From Bugula neritina (Eukaryota > Animalia > Bryozoa): a DNA stretch of 64,000 nucleotides. The stretch is taken from assembly GCA_964035545.1 (NCBI GenBank), contig OZ037767.1, positions 4,232,707-4,296,706 of the forward strand, written 5' to 3'. Shown here in pieces: positions 11,790 to 22,484 of the stretch. The position numbers were made by a program, and so were the translations under genes. Each line of letters opens with the position of its first letter. The first letter of the stretch is position 1. The notes beneath the pieces are model-generated. The model did not search any database. It saw only the letters and a program-made list of their open reading frames with translations, and was not told where the DNA came from.

Positions 11790-12140
11790 TGGAGTGGGTA
11801 AAAAAGGTTCTGCAGTAGGCTATTATAATATGTATCAAGAATTCATCTGCTGAGTTGAAGGAAAAGGTACGGCAGTGAGGCTGATAGTAATGTATAGTTT
11901 ATAGAGACAATGTGGCCGACTGGGTAACAAAAAAAGCTTGGAAAATCTAGACCTAGGTCTTATAGTCATGCATGTTAAAAAGACGGCATGGATAGGGATA
12001 GTTACGGATTAGCTGTGAAGAAAGAGGGTTGGCTCAGGAGAAGGAATGCATAAAGGAGATGATACTAAAGGTTTAAGGATGAGGAAGAGCTGGAGACAGA
12101 CCATCTTTTGTGACTACCTTAGAAGGCAAATAACAAGACC
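11790..12140 (+). mobile_element. Decayed 3' fragment of an RTE-clade LINE
   Basis: Purine-rich stretch with remnants resembling the RTE ORF C-terminus: LKGK..VR..MY..ET-like near 11852-11912 and RKSWRQTIFCD at about 12082-12114 (compare RxxWRxxIxCGDP). It has frameshifts and stops. Confidence 0.45.
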
Positions 12141-12652
12141 TATTTTATTAGCATACTAAATAATATTAAAGAATATCTAATTACTCTACAGCAAATGCTT
12201 AAGCAGAATTTTAACTAAAGCAAGCAATTTGGATATAGACATATTATTTAGGTCCACATTTGAGTTCTAGACTTTGTTCATTTGGTTCAGTAATGAAAAA
12301 ATAAGTTGTTACTGTTCAAGTAAATTTTCCATCATAGTTGTGCTTTCAACATGCAAGAATAGCGTTGAAATTCACTAAGTAACATACAGTGCTCATTATA
12401 CAAAATATTTTTTATGTAAGTTGCAAAAGATGATACAAAAATTTACCCAGTAAAGAACTAAATTCAAAAACAAATATTTTATATTTCTTTATTATTGATA
12501 CAAGATAGATTGTTTAACGACAACTATTATTGGAGGAATAAATAAATATATACATAATCTTTCTTGAGTAAATTAAAGAGAATTCTAATTAAAAATAAAT
12601 AAATAAAGCTTTAGTTTTATAACACCAGCAATGAGATCAACTATTCTCCAAG

Positions 12653-15449
12653 CTACATGTACACAGTCACACAATCTCCTTCCGAGTCCACATTCTCAGC
12701 TGGGTTAGCCTTACATCTCCCATTAGCCTGAGTGGAATCCACGCTCTGGACGCAGTGGAAGGTGCTTTCCGCTTGCGAGAGTTTATTCTTCACAAAACAA
12801 TTCCACAGACCAGCAACAAGTTCATCAAACTCGGAGCATCTTGAGTTCATGTAAACAACTTTGAGCAAAAAGACTCCATCATATGACAAGTAGTCATCTA
12901 CAACAGAAAACTGTCAGTTGACAGTGTATGCCAGGTGCTTACAGAGATTTTGACACCCACATTGAACAGGAAAGAGCTAAAACCTATCAATAATTTCCTT
13001 GTGAATTCCACACTAAAACAAGACGGATTTACACCAACATTTCTAAACTTAAAAAACAGTTTAATTTAATAAACATTTCAAATCTATCAGTTGCAAATGT
13101 GGTTATTTTATAGATCACTTGTATTCTTAGAGGAAAGCACAGTTATTGCTTCGAATGCTATAAGCAACTAACTTGTCAGCCTCTGAAAGAAACTTGCAAT
13201 TTTAAAAGATTAAGACTTACCATTGAATTCTTCGAGAAGCCAACCATATTTTTCAGACACGTCATGAACATTGTGACGCAAACATTTCTTCACAAAACTT
13301 AGCTGAAAGCAGTGAAGTTTAATCCATAGAATTATGCCTATGAATGTCATGACCGAAACGAGAAACAACCAAAACCAAATCAGCAGATAAACCTAAAAAT
13401 AGAAACAAAAGATTTGAACAGTCTACGATGTAATAACTATACACTAGGGAAAAATTTTCTCAATGAATAGCTGACAAATAAACAGAATCCTCTGATGTTA
13501 GTTGGGTGCATTATAATATTCAGGCATATAAATTGAAAAATAAAACTATTTAATAAATTCAACAATTTTCAGTATAGGAAATACTTCTATAGTAGCTCTG
13601 TAAGAAACTTTTTTATTTCTATTATACACTGTATAATTCATAGTATAAAGTAGATTAAAATTGAAAAGACTGCTCTGTGTATCGAGACATACAAAACAAA
13701 TGGAATCAACTGAAATGAATATAAACTGAGAACAAGAAACTGGTAAGATAATTATACCCGATCATGAAATATATTGACAGTGAGTACACATTGGAAGGTG
13801 TAGGAATGTATATTGTCACCTAATAATCATTACATCACATTTGAAACTTCTACGAATCAATTCACGAAGACACATTACACAAATATTACGTGAATATCTT
13901 CAAAACTTTAACTGCAATCTCACCCATTGTGAAAAAATCAACATCACACAAAGTTATTGTCGGGAAAATCTCACTAAAGCCCATCGTTCCAGTCCGGAAA
14001 AATTCTTTAAGCGCTTTGAACCCCCAAAGAGTATAGCCGGAGTCACCTGCAATCAAGTGTCAAATATTTGATTAGTATGGGAATGTGGGTGTCACGTGAA
14101 ATGACTTGTGTGCAGAATCATACAGCACACAACAGATTGGCACACTGTCTTTCACATCTACACTCATAGCTGATTATAATACCATATTCCAGGATAACAT
14201 TATGTTCATGTGTGCTCACCAAGGAAATGGTTTAGGAGAAACAACTGGCCCACAGCGTTAGTCATATATAGAAGTTTTATGAGAAGACAGAATGTAGCCG
14301 TGCAGAGACCGAGGGCTGGTCTATACAGCCTCCTAAATCTGTAGCAAGATAACTGTGCAGCCTGGGCTCGCCGGGATCTAAGGAACCTACATTAACAAAA
14401 ATAATTTTCGACAAGAAACCGCCTGCCCTAGTATACTACATAACATTACCACAGCAAAAGATTGTTGTGAAGAATTTCAAACTATGAGATGGGATGCTTA
14501 TTAATTTTGTGTTGCTAATAAAATGTGCAGTTTGTAAGTTTTGTTTTTCTACTGCGAGTTTACAATAAAATTATATTTTTTAGTCATGCCAAAAATCCAA
14601 CGATATTTCACAGGAGACCATCAAAAATATCTTTTTGTTTCATATCTACAGTTACCTTAAAAAATTGATTAGCTACTTGCTTTCAAAAAGTTGATTTAAA
14701 GAAATTGTTTTCAAAGCAAATCTTTGAATATGAGATGTTGAGTATTTGACAAAGTACTACAGGAATAACAACCAAAGGATGGAAACTAGTAAAATGTGAT
14801 TCCGTGTGAGTGGTAAAAGTGCCAACCTGTCTGTACAGAGAACCAATGCTTTGATATTGTTCTGTCGATGATCCAATGAGAATGTTTTGGTATCTTTGGA
14901 TATTTCTCTCAGACCTTTCACAACATTGTCGATATGTGCACCAATGTCTTCACAGAACAATCGCCATATGGTTACAGGAACTTTAAACAATATAGCCTGA
15001 ACCAATAAAAATAGTGTAACCCATTGGTAATAATTAATCTGGCGAGTCCTTGGCTGATTTCGTGATGGAAGTTGATCTACAAAAGAAAAACATAGCATAG
15101 ATATTGAACAAATGTTTTTTTTTAAAGAAGCTGAACTAAGTATATCTTTTAAAATGAGAAGAAAATATCGTGATGCTATATTGAATTACTGCTTACCATC
15201 AAAAGATACATAATATGTGCTGGAGATATAACAGTAGTCATTGATATACAGAGCCCTGTGGTACTGTGAGAATTCAGCTGGGACGAAACATCTTATCCTA
15301 TCACTAATGATCTGTTTTCCTCCAGTGAGAAAAGTAGCAGCAATAAACAATGCTGTAGTATAGCGATGACTTAGGCGATCAAATCTGTCGTCATCTACTT
15401 GATGAGCCAAAGCACTCCAAGTCACAATACGTTTAATAATATCAGACAT
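12653..15449 (-). CDS. inx: Innexin (invertebrate gap-junction protein), complete, 7 coding exons, 423 aa
   Basis: Exons in minus-strand order: 15197-15449, 14827-15076, 14220-14386, 13924-14046, 13758-13819, 13221-13392, 12653-12897, total 1272 nt, phases consistent. Motifs: DDDRFDRLSHRYT, IRCFVPAEF..INDYCY, YYQWV, KLLYMTNAVGQLFLLNHFLG, FPTITLCD, QCVLTVNIFHDRVYLLIWFW, DYLSYDGVFLL. There are two Cys per extracellular loop. Confidence 0.95.
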
Positions 15450-15659
15450 TCTTGCTCTAAAGATAAATGTTTGCGATGGTGATATCGAGCTCTCAAAATG
15501 TTATTGGAATTTAGTATTTTCAAACACATAAAGCAGTCACAACTACGGACTAGGGTTTGTTCCTTGAATAAACAAAAAATTGCATGTGTACTTAGACAAT
15601 ATTGGAACTTAAATATAAGGTATACTTCGTTAATAATATAGGCAATTTTTTGCTGGAGG

Positions 15660-16100
15660 TTATAGTTAATGGTATATTATTAGTATTACTATTACTATTA
15701 GTATTAGCATTGGTATTAATAATCACCAAAAGTAATTTAAATTACTATAACTAGAAGTAATACTAATACTAATACTAATAGTAAAAGTATTAGTAATACT
15801 GAGACTGAGAGTATAACTAAAACTGTTACTATTAGTATTACTAATTAGTATTAGTATTACTAGTATAACTATTACATTTACAATCACAATGTTAATGTGA
15901 TTTAATATGAATACTAATAGTAATACTAATACTGATACTAATAGTAATACTAATACTAATAGTAATACTAATACTAATAGTAATAGTAATACTAATACTA
16001 ATACTAATAGTAATAGTAATACTAATACTAATAGCCATAGGTGAAGTTATACAGTATTACTATCACTATTAGTAATAGTAATTGTAATAACTAAAAGTAT
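15660..16100. repeat. (TA-N)n low-complexity tract (TAA/TAG/TAC/TAT triplets)
   Basis: For example (taatactaatag)n. Seen directly. Confidence 0.9.
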
Positions 16101-16199
16101 AAGCAAGCTGATTTTCAGATTTGTGTAATTTTCTTTATTAGTATTACTATTATCCTTATACTTATAGTTATAACGTAAAAAGTTTGTTTCGTATAATAT

Positions 16200-16680
16200 T
16201 ACCTCAATCTGGACGAGCATTTCTATTTTGAAATTGCAATCGCGTTTGATTGGAAAAATGAAAATGCTTCGGATGAAAGACTTAAGTGTAGCCTCCGCTT
16301 TGCTTTTTAAAATTCTGCTAAGATTATAGTTCAATTCCGTTTTTAAAAGCTATTGGAATAAGTCTTTCAGACTAATTCCCAGTCGTAATTATTTCGAAAA
16401 TCCGTTGATTGAAACTAATAAACTCAGTCACTAATAACCTTTTGTTCGCCATGCGTGCACATTAGTTGAGAGCTCACAAAGAATAATAATAGTCACATTC
16501 ATTGGATCGCAATTTACTAAAGCCGCTATAACTACTACTATAAATAACTAACTATAACTGTAAGGTGCTCATTAATAAGTTTTTCATATTAAATTTAGCT
16601 CACAGTTAACTAAATAACTAGACTATAAACAAGTTAGATTTAATAAGTTTTGATTATATTTTATCATGTTTACAGCGTGA
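16200..16680. promoter_or_regulatory. Candidate divergent promoter region (innexin on -, APC on +)
   Basis: CpG-enriched island between two TA-N tracts, with ATTGG (CCAAT) boxes near 16249 and 16501. A minus-strand donor GAG|GTAATA at 16203/16202 pairs with an acceptor just upstream of the innexin ATG (15457-15458). On the plus strand there is an Inr-like TCAGTC at 16424 and a donor GTGAGT at 16677. Confidence 0.4.
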
Positions 16681-16689
16681 GTGCTAATA

Positions 16690-17375
16690 TGCATTTCTAT
16701 TAGTATTAGTATAAGTATTACTATTAGTATTAGACTAATACTATTACTATTACTATTACTATTAGTATTAGTATTACTATTACTGTATTACTATTACTAT
16801 TAGTATTACTAATAGTATTAGTATAACTATAAGTATTACTATTACTGTTACTATTAGACTTAGTATTACTATAACTATTAGATTTACTTTTATTTTTAGT
16901 ACACATTACCACTTTACAGTATGAGTATGACTCACTATGAGTATGAGTATGACTATGAGTATGAGTATAGCAAAAAAGTTCAAGTTATACTAATACTTAA
17001 TCTTGTAGTTTAAGTTATAGTTATACTTATACTTATAGTTATACTATTACTTACTATAGACATAGTTAATGTTATACTTATACTAATACTGAGTTATAGT
17101 TATACTAATACTTAATCTTATAGTTATAGTTATACTTAATACTAATACTAATAGTAATACTTATAGTATTAGTTAGACTTATTCTTATTGTAATGCTAAT
17201 ACAGTAATAGTAATGGTAATGGTAATACTAATACTAATAGTAATAGTAATTGTTATTGGTATTACTATTAGTTATTACTTATACTAATAGTAATACTAAT
17301 AGTAATAGTAATAGTTATACTTGATCTCATACTTATAGTTATACTTATAGTTTATTAGTAATATTATTATAAACT
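16690..17375. repeat. (TA-N)n and (TATGAG)n low-complexity tract
   Basis: Continuous 3-periodic TA pattern, including (agttat)n, (tactta)n and (gagtat)n. Confidence 0.9.
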
Positions 17376-18857
17376 TTTTGCTGAATTAAATTGAAGTCGA
17401 GCATCATCAACTTCAAGTAAACATCCAGTGATGATCACTTAATGATCATGATGTTGTGAATGTGATCATCACCACCAGGATCATCATGATCATTTGAAAT
17501 TGAAGTGAAACTTGGTGACGGTGACAATCTAATTTGAATTCAGATTTCATTATAAATATATTATTTATTATTATAATGATCACTTCAAGTTCATTATGAT
17601 TATCATTATCTATATTACATTAATTTTAAACGTAATAATACTAATACTAATAGTAATAGTATATTATTAATCAACTTTTCAGCTCAATTCCAGTTCACGA
17701 TCACTTCAAATTTAATTATTCTACAGATTCGATAAAATAATCCGATCTATTCTAATCATAAAATCAAATAACAGTCACAATGACAATGTCCAAAAGAGTA
17801 TTGGGTTAACCTGTAATATAACTACAAATCTACTGAATAAATGTTATATTAATTCATTCATCCATTGCACTTTTGGTTATCATGTTGATTTCAACTCGCA
17901 ATAAAAACGTTTTTTATTATTTGCTATTTTGTTTATATGATATTGACATCAAACTGGAAAATGTTAAATTTTGGTGTACATTTATGGTTAGTTTTCTATA
18001 AAAAAAGACATCAACAAAGTTAGCGTCAGCTTTCTGTCAACTATGATTGTAATGAGAATTATAATATTATGAATAAGCTTCCATGTTTCACTAATATCCC
18101 TTTGTGATAGTAACCACAGTACTGCCAGAATATTTTGATGCATTTTACTCAAGACAAGTTTATGCATACTTGGGCTAAAATATCAATAATTCTTGTATTA
18201 AAATTAATTAGAAATTTTTTTATTATATCAACTATTTCATGTTTATTAACTAAGTAACATGCTTTGAAATGGTAAAAGTATTAGTAATTTGGTTTATGAT
18301 TAGAGTTTGTCTAGTAAATAGTTGATCATTCCACAGCAAGTCATAATGGATTCTACCGGAGTTCAGTAATAAATAGATATAAGCAAACTGTTTTCAGTAG
18401 ACTTTGAAAAAAATTGTTCTTTTTATCAACTGCTTTTTTTATGGATGCTAGTTAATTTTTTTTTATTTCTATCAAAGAAAGTGATGGTAATTAGAAAGAA
18501 AAAATATAATAGCTTTGTTAGAAATAGATTGCTTCTTCCCATGTAAAGTATTAGTATTTTCACAGCAAAGGTTTCATTGAAACAAGCTACACAATTGCTC
18601 AGTTACCTAATTCATAACCAAATTATATGTTTTTGCTTTACCTCAAAATTTTCACATGTCATTTAGTATGCCCATGAGTGAATTTCTGTGCTATGCCTAT
18701 AGTTTGGTACTCATTAAGTATGTACATAACGGCTAAAATCATGCACCTTTTAATTCCTTATAAGCCTATAGAAACCTGTTACCATATTTTTTAATTTGCA
18801 ATAGCTTATGAGCTTAGAAAATTTTGCATACGCATGAATGGATTTGAAGATTTAACA

Positions 18858-19465
18858 CAGTCATAAATTTATTACCATCATAATCCCATAACAAAATAAA
18901 TACATAGGTTAGTTATTTTAAGTTTAAAATTTAGAAGTGGCAATCTGCTCTTAAACAGTAACTTAGGAAAACTTTAGTATATAAATAATGGTAGATAAGA
19001 TAGGTATTATAGTATACATTCTTCAATGTTATACTGCAATTACTGTTCTCAACAAACAAATATTTGTGTAAATAAGTTGTTTAAAATTTGTTTACTCTGT
19101 AAATTATATGTCATTTATGAGGGGCTACCTTAGTTATTCAGCAATATGATTATACTTTTAAGTTGACATATTTGTTATTAGTATGTTTTTGAAGTTTTTA
19201 TCATAGTCATAAATTTATTACCATCGTAATCCCATAGCAAAATAAATGCTTAAGGTAGTTATTTCAAGTTTAAAATCTAGTAGTGGCAAACTGGAAAACT
19301 GCAATTACCATTATCAACAAACAAATATTTTTGTAAATGAGTTGTTTAGAATTTCTTCACTGTTACTGTATCCTGTTACTTTGTAAATTATATGTAATTT
19401 ATTAGGAGCTACTTCAGTAATATGAATATACTTTTTGTTTGACATAAATGTTGTTTTGGTATCTT
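18858..19465. repeat. Diverged direct duplication of about 300-350 bp (two units)
   Basis: agtcataaatttattaccatc.taatcccata.caaaataaat occurs at about 18860 and about 19205, with further co-linear matches (tcaacaaacaaatattt, tgtaaattatatgt, ttgacata). Confidence 0.85.
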
Positions 19466-21039
19466 TAAAGTTTTCAAAGTTTCAATACAATTCTAGCCGT
19501 CTGTGAATATTCTTTGGACAAAATTAAATTAGACTCTCACTAAGTCATCTACCTTGATTTGTTATCAAATCTCTGTTCATTTCATTGGACATTATGGGTA
19601 TTGAGTGAACAATTTACATAATGACCATTACAAGTAGTGCTCAAGGCTGCACTTCCTCTACTTTCCATACCATTCAGCTATTCATTAAAGTAATCATGAG
19701 CCACTGTCACTGAATCAAATTATATTTAAACCACATAGGGTTAACAAGCCTTGGGGAATTTGTTGTGCAGACATATCACATGATTTATTTTACCACATCA
19801 AAATTTATTACCTACACCTCTCAACAATAGCTCCAACTTCAAACAGGGACTCTGGAGTTGGTGTGTGGACACCATGAATGTGGTTTTTTTAAATACAATT
19901 TCCTTTTAGGTTTATAGAACAAATTTAACTAGTCTGTTGTTGAGCTCAATTCTGGATACATAATTTCATCATTTGTTTTTTTAAGATAAAAACAACTGTA
20001 ATTTGCATTTTCCACCTTAGTGGTCCTTCTATAACAGTGGAAGCGTAAAGTTGTTTGATAAAACATATTTGCTATGTAAGTTACCAATATCTACTACTAT
20101 AAATTTAACACCAAAGTATTTGGCTGGTATTAACTTCATATGGGTCTGTGTCACCATTCCTTTGTCATTAGATATGCTTGAAATATCAGCATAATCCTTT
20201 TCTCTAAATTATCCACACAAAAATATGGAACAGTAGATTCTTCTGCACTAGGTTGTTGGTATACTCAAATAAAGTTGGTGTAAACATGTATGCTATGTAT
20301 CATGTATGCATATGATTAAACATGATTGTATCTTTTGATGAAGTCTTGTGTGTTTGCTTGGATAATTTGATATCTTTTATATAACTTCGTGGTGGCACCA
20401 GCATTAATTTGAGCAGGGTTTACCATCAACGTTGCATAAACTCTCTGATAGTAATAGCAATAGCTTATGAAATACCACATCATTCACCATTACAAATTTA
20501 TGATACTGGTAAGGAATCTACAAAAGCACACATAACATAAAGTTTTCCGGGAGTTGAACTTTAAAGGGGTCTTCATCTGAAATAAGTTAAAATGAAATGA
20601 AATACTTATTTATCATGCAAGTTCTGTCTGCGGATATGTGCAGCATATGCTATTTAATTCTATAATATCTTCTTACAGTTATTCCCTAATGCAATATAAT
20701 AGTAGAATAATATGATTATTATGCTCATACTTTCACTTGCACAGTGGATAATAACATTACAATTCTATTATCATCTTGCTAATAGAAAGTGTTTTCACAT
20801 AATTATGTATAATTGCCATAATGATTGCTATAAAATATGGTTATTGCTTCGGTTAAGCCAGCACATACCGTTACAGTCTTTGAGCATGATACACCTCTCC
20901 TCACTGGTTCTTCTATACAGTCTTTGCCTTTGATTTCATTCTTGGAACGTTCAATGCTTCTATTTTCTACTGACTAATCTAGACGGACAGGCTGAGGATT
21001 GTTATTTTTAGTAGTAAACTTTGTAATGAATGAAAGCTG

Positions 21040-21177
21040 AATGAGCCAATGACATTAATAGATTTATTGTTTTCATGTAAGCCTGAGCCTGAGCCTGAGA
21101 ACACTCAATCCAGATGTGTGCACCAGGAGAGCAAGTCTTGCAAGCAGTGCTCTGTTGATCATACTTATTGATATAGG
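21040..21177 (+). promoter_or_regulatory. Candidate non-coding 5' exon of APC
   Basis: CCAAT near 21046, (AGCCTG)3, a strong donor AGG|GTGAGT at 21177/21178, and an acceptor available at 22303 before the ATG. Confidence 0.4.
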
Positions 21178-21904
21178 GTGAGTATTATTATTAGAGTCTT
21201 GTAGCAGTAGGCTATGCCTGCTTTATTGTATGAAATAAATATGTTATTTATGTTTTGGGAATTTTTCTGCTCATTTATTTCTAACAAATATTGTTAACTT
21301 TTTGTGGCTACAGAGTTATCATTTGTCAAAAATTTACTAAGTTTGAGATAGTTGTCTACAAGCGCCATGTCAAGGGTTTATCCAGCAATTATATGAGGAG
21401 TGAACGCATTATTTAGATAAATTTTTTCCATATGTGGTATAGTAAAAACTACATCCACCCTGCCTGGTTCCAATTATATAATAATTTTTGTATTGAGTCA
21501 CTGGGATTTTATAGTTCCGTTTTGTGGTTATAGTGCAGGTGTTGAGAATATTTCAATTTGCAATGAAGTTATGATTTTTAACATCTTGTCAGAAAAATAA
21601 TTACTTTAGTGTGTAAGCATGATTTCGTAGGACTTGTTGAAAAGTGTATTGTGTCCACAATGTCTATAAGCTGCTGCTTTTCTTTAATTATTGTTTTTAT
21701 ATCTGATGCAAATCATGTGGTCAACAAGAATATTTTTCAAAGGCTTTGTAAATGATTTGATGGTTAGATTTGTATCGGCTCAAATCTGCTATCATTGTAA
21801 CTAATCAAGAATTTGTAAGGGTTTGTTTGATTTGGCCATGTGTTAGGAAAAAAGTAAAGAAAATAGTGCTAAATGTACAGCACTTTATTAAGAGTGGTGT
21901 TCAC

Positions 21905-22057
21905 TGTACTACTACTAATAGTAGTGGTAGTAGTGGTAGTGGCAGTGGCAGTAGTAGTAGTAGTAGTACCTAGTAGCAGCAGCAGCAGTAGTAGTAGTAG
22001 TAGTACCTAGTAGCAGCAGCAGTAGTAAAAGTAGTAGCAGTAGTAGTAGCAGTAGTA
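21905..22057. repeat. (AGT/AGC)n trinucleotide microsatellite
   Basis: Seen directly in the sequence. Confidence 0.9.
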
Positions 22058-22327
22058 TTTTCTTTGCAAAGCCTGAAATTTCATTAATGATTATGATTGT
22101 TAATCTAGTGAACATAAATTTTTTATGTGTAATGGCTGAAATTTTATGATCATACATTGAGATCCAGTGGGTATTGGACTATATAGATCATATCCATCTT
22201 CTTTAATGTAGTATAACTCTATTCACCCAACTCATCAAGTCTCACATTGTGTTTGGTTGTATAGTGTAGAATAGTCATTACAGTACATAGAGCTGTATTG
22301 TAGAAATAGTCTGGTTACATAGACAGC

Positions 22328-22484
22328 ATGTCCAGTACACAGTTACAGCAGCTGATGGCGCAGGTAGAACAGCTGACTCTGGTGAATAATAAACTACAGC
22401 AAGAGCTCAGCTCCAACTCCTCCCACATCGCCAGATTAGAGTCAGCAATGCAGTTGAGGCGCGGTATCAAGCCCAGTGAAGATG
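22328..22484 (+). other. APC: APC N-terminal homodimerisation coiled coil (first coding exon)
   Basis: MSSTQLQQLMAQVEQLTLVNNKLQQELSSNSSHIARLE aligns with the vertebrate APC N-terminus (YDQLLKQVEALKMENSNLRQELEDNSNHLTKLE). Confidence 0.9.

Noticed and set aside
16047-16912. Asn/Ser/Ile-rich minus-strand ORFs
   Set aside because: They arise from TA-N low-complexity tracts and have no domain or splice support.
21770-22157. Poly-Ser and poly-Leu/Thr/Tyr ORFs
   Set aside because: AGT/AGC microsatellite artefacts.
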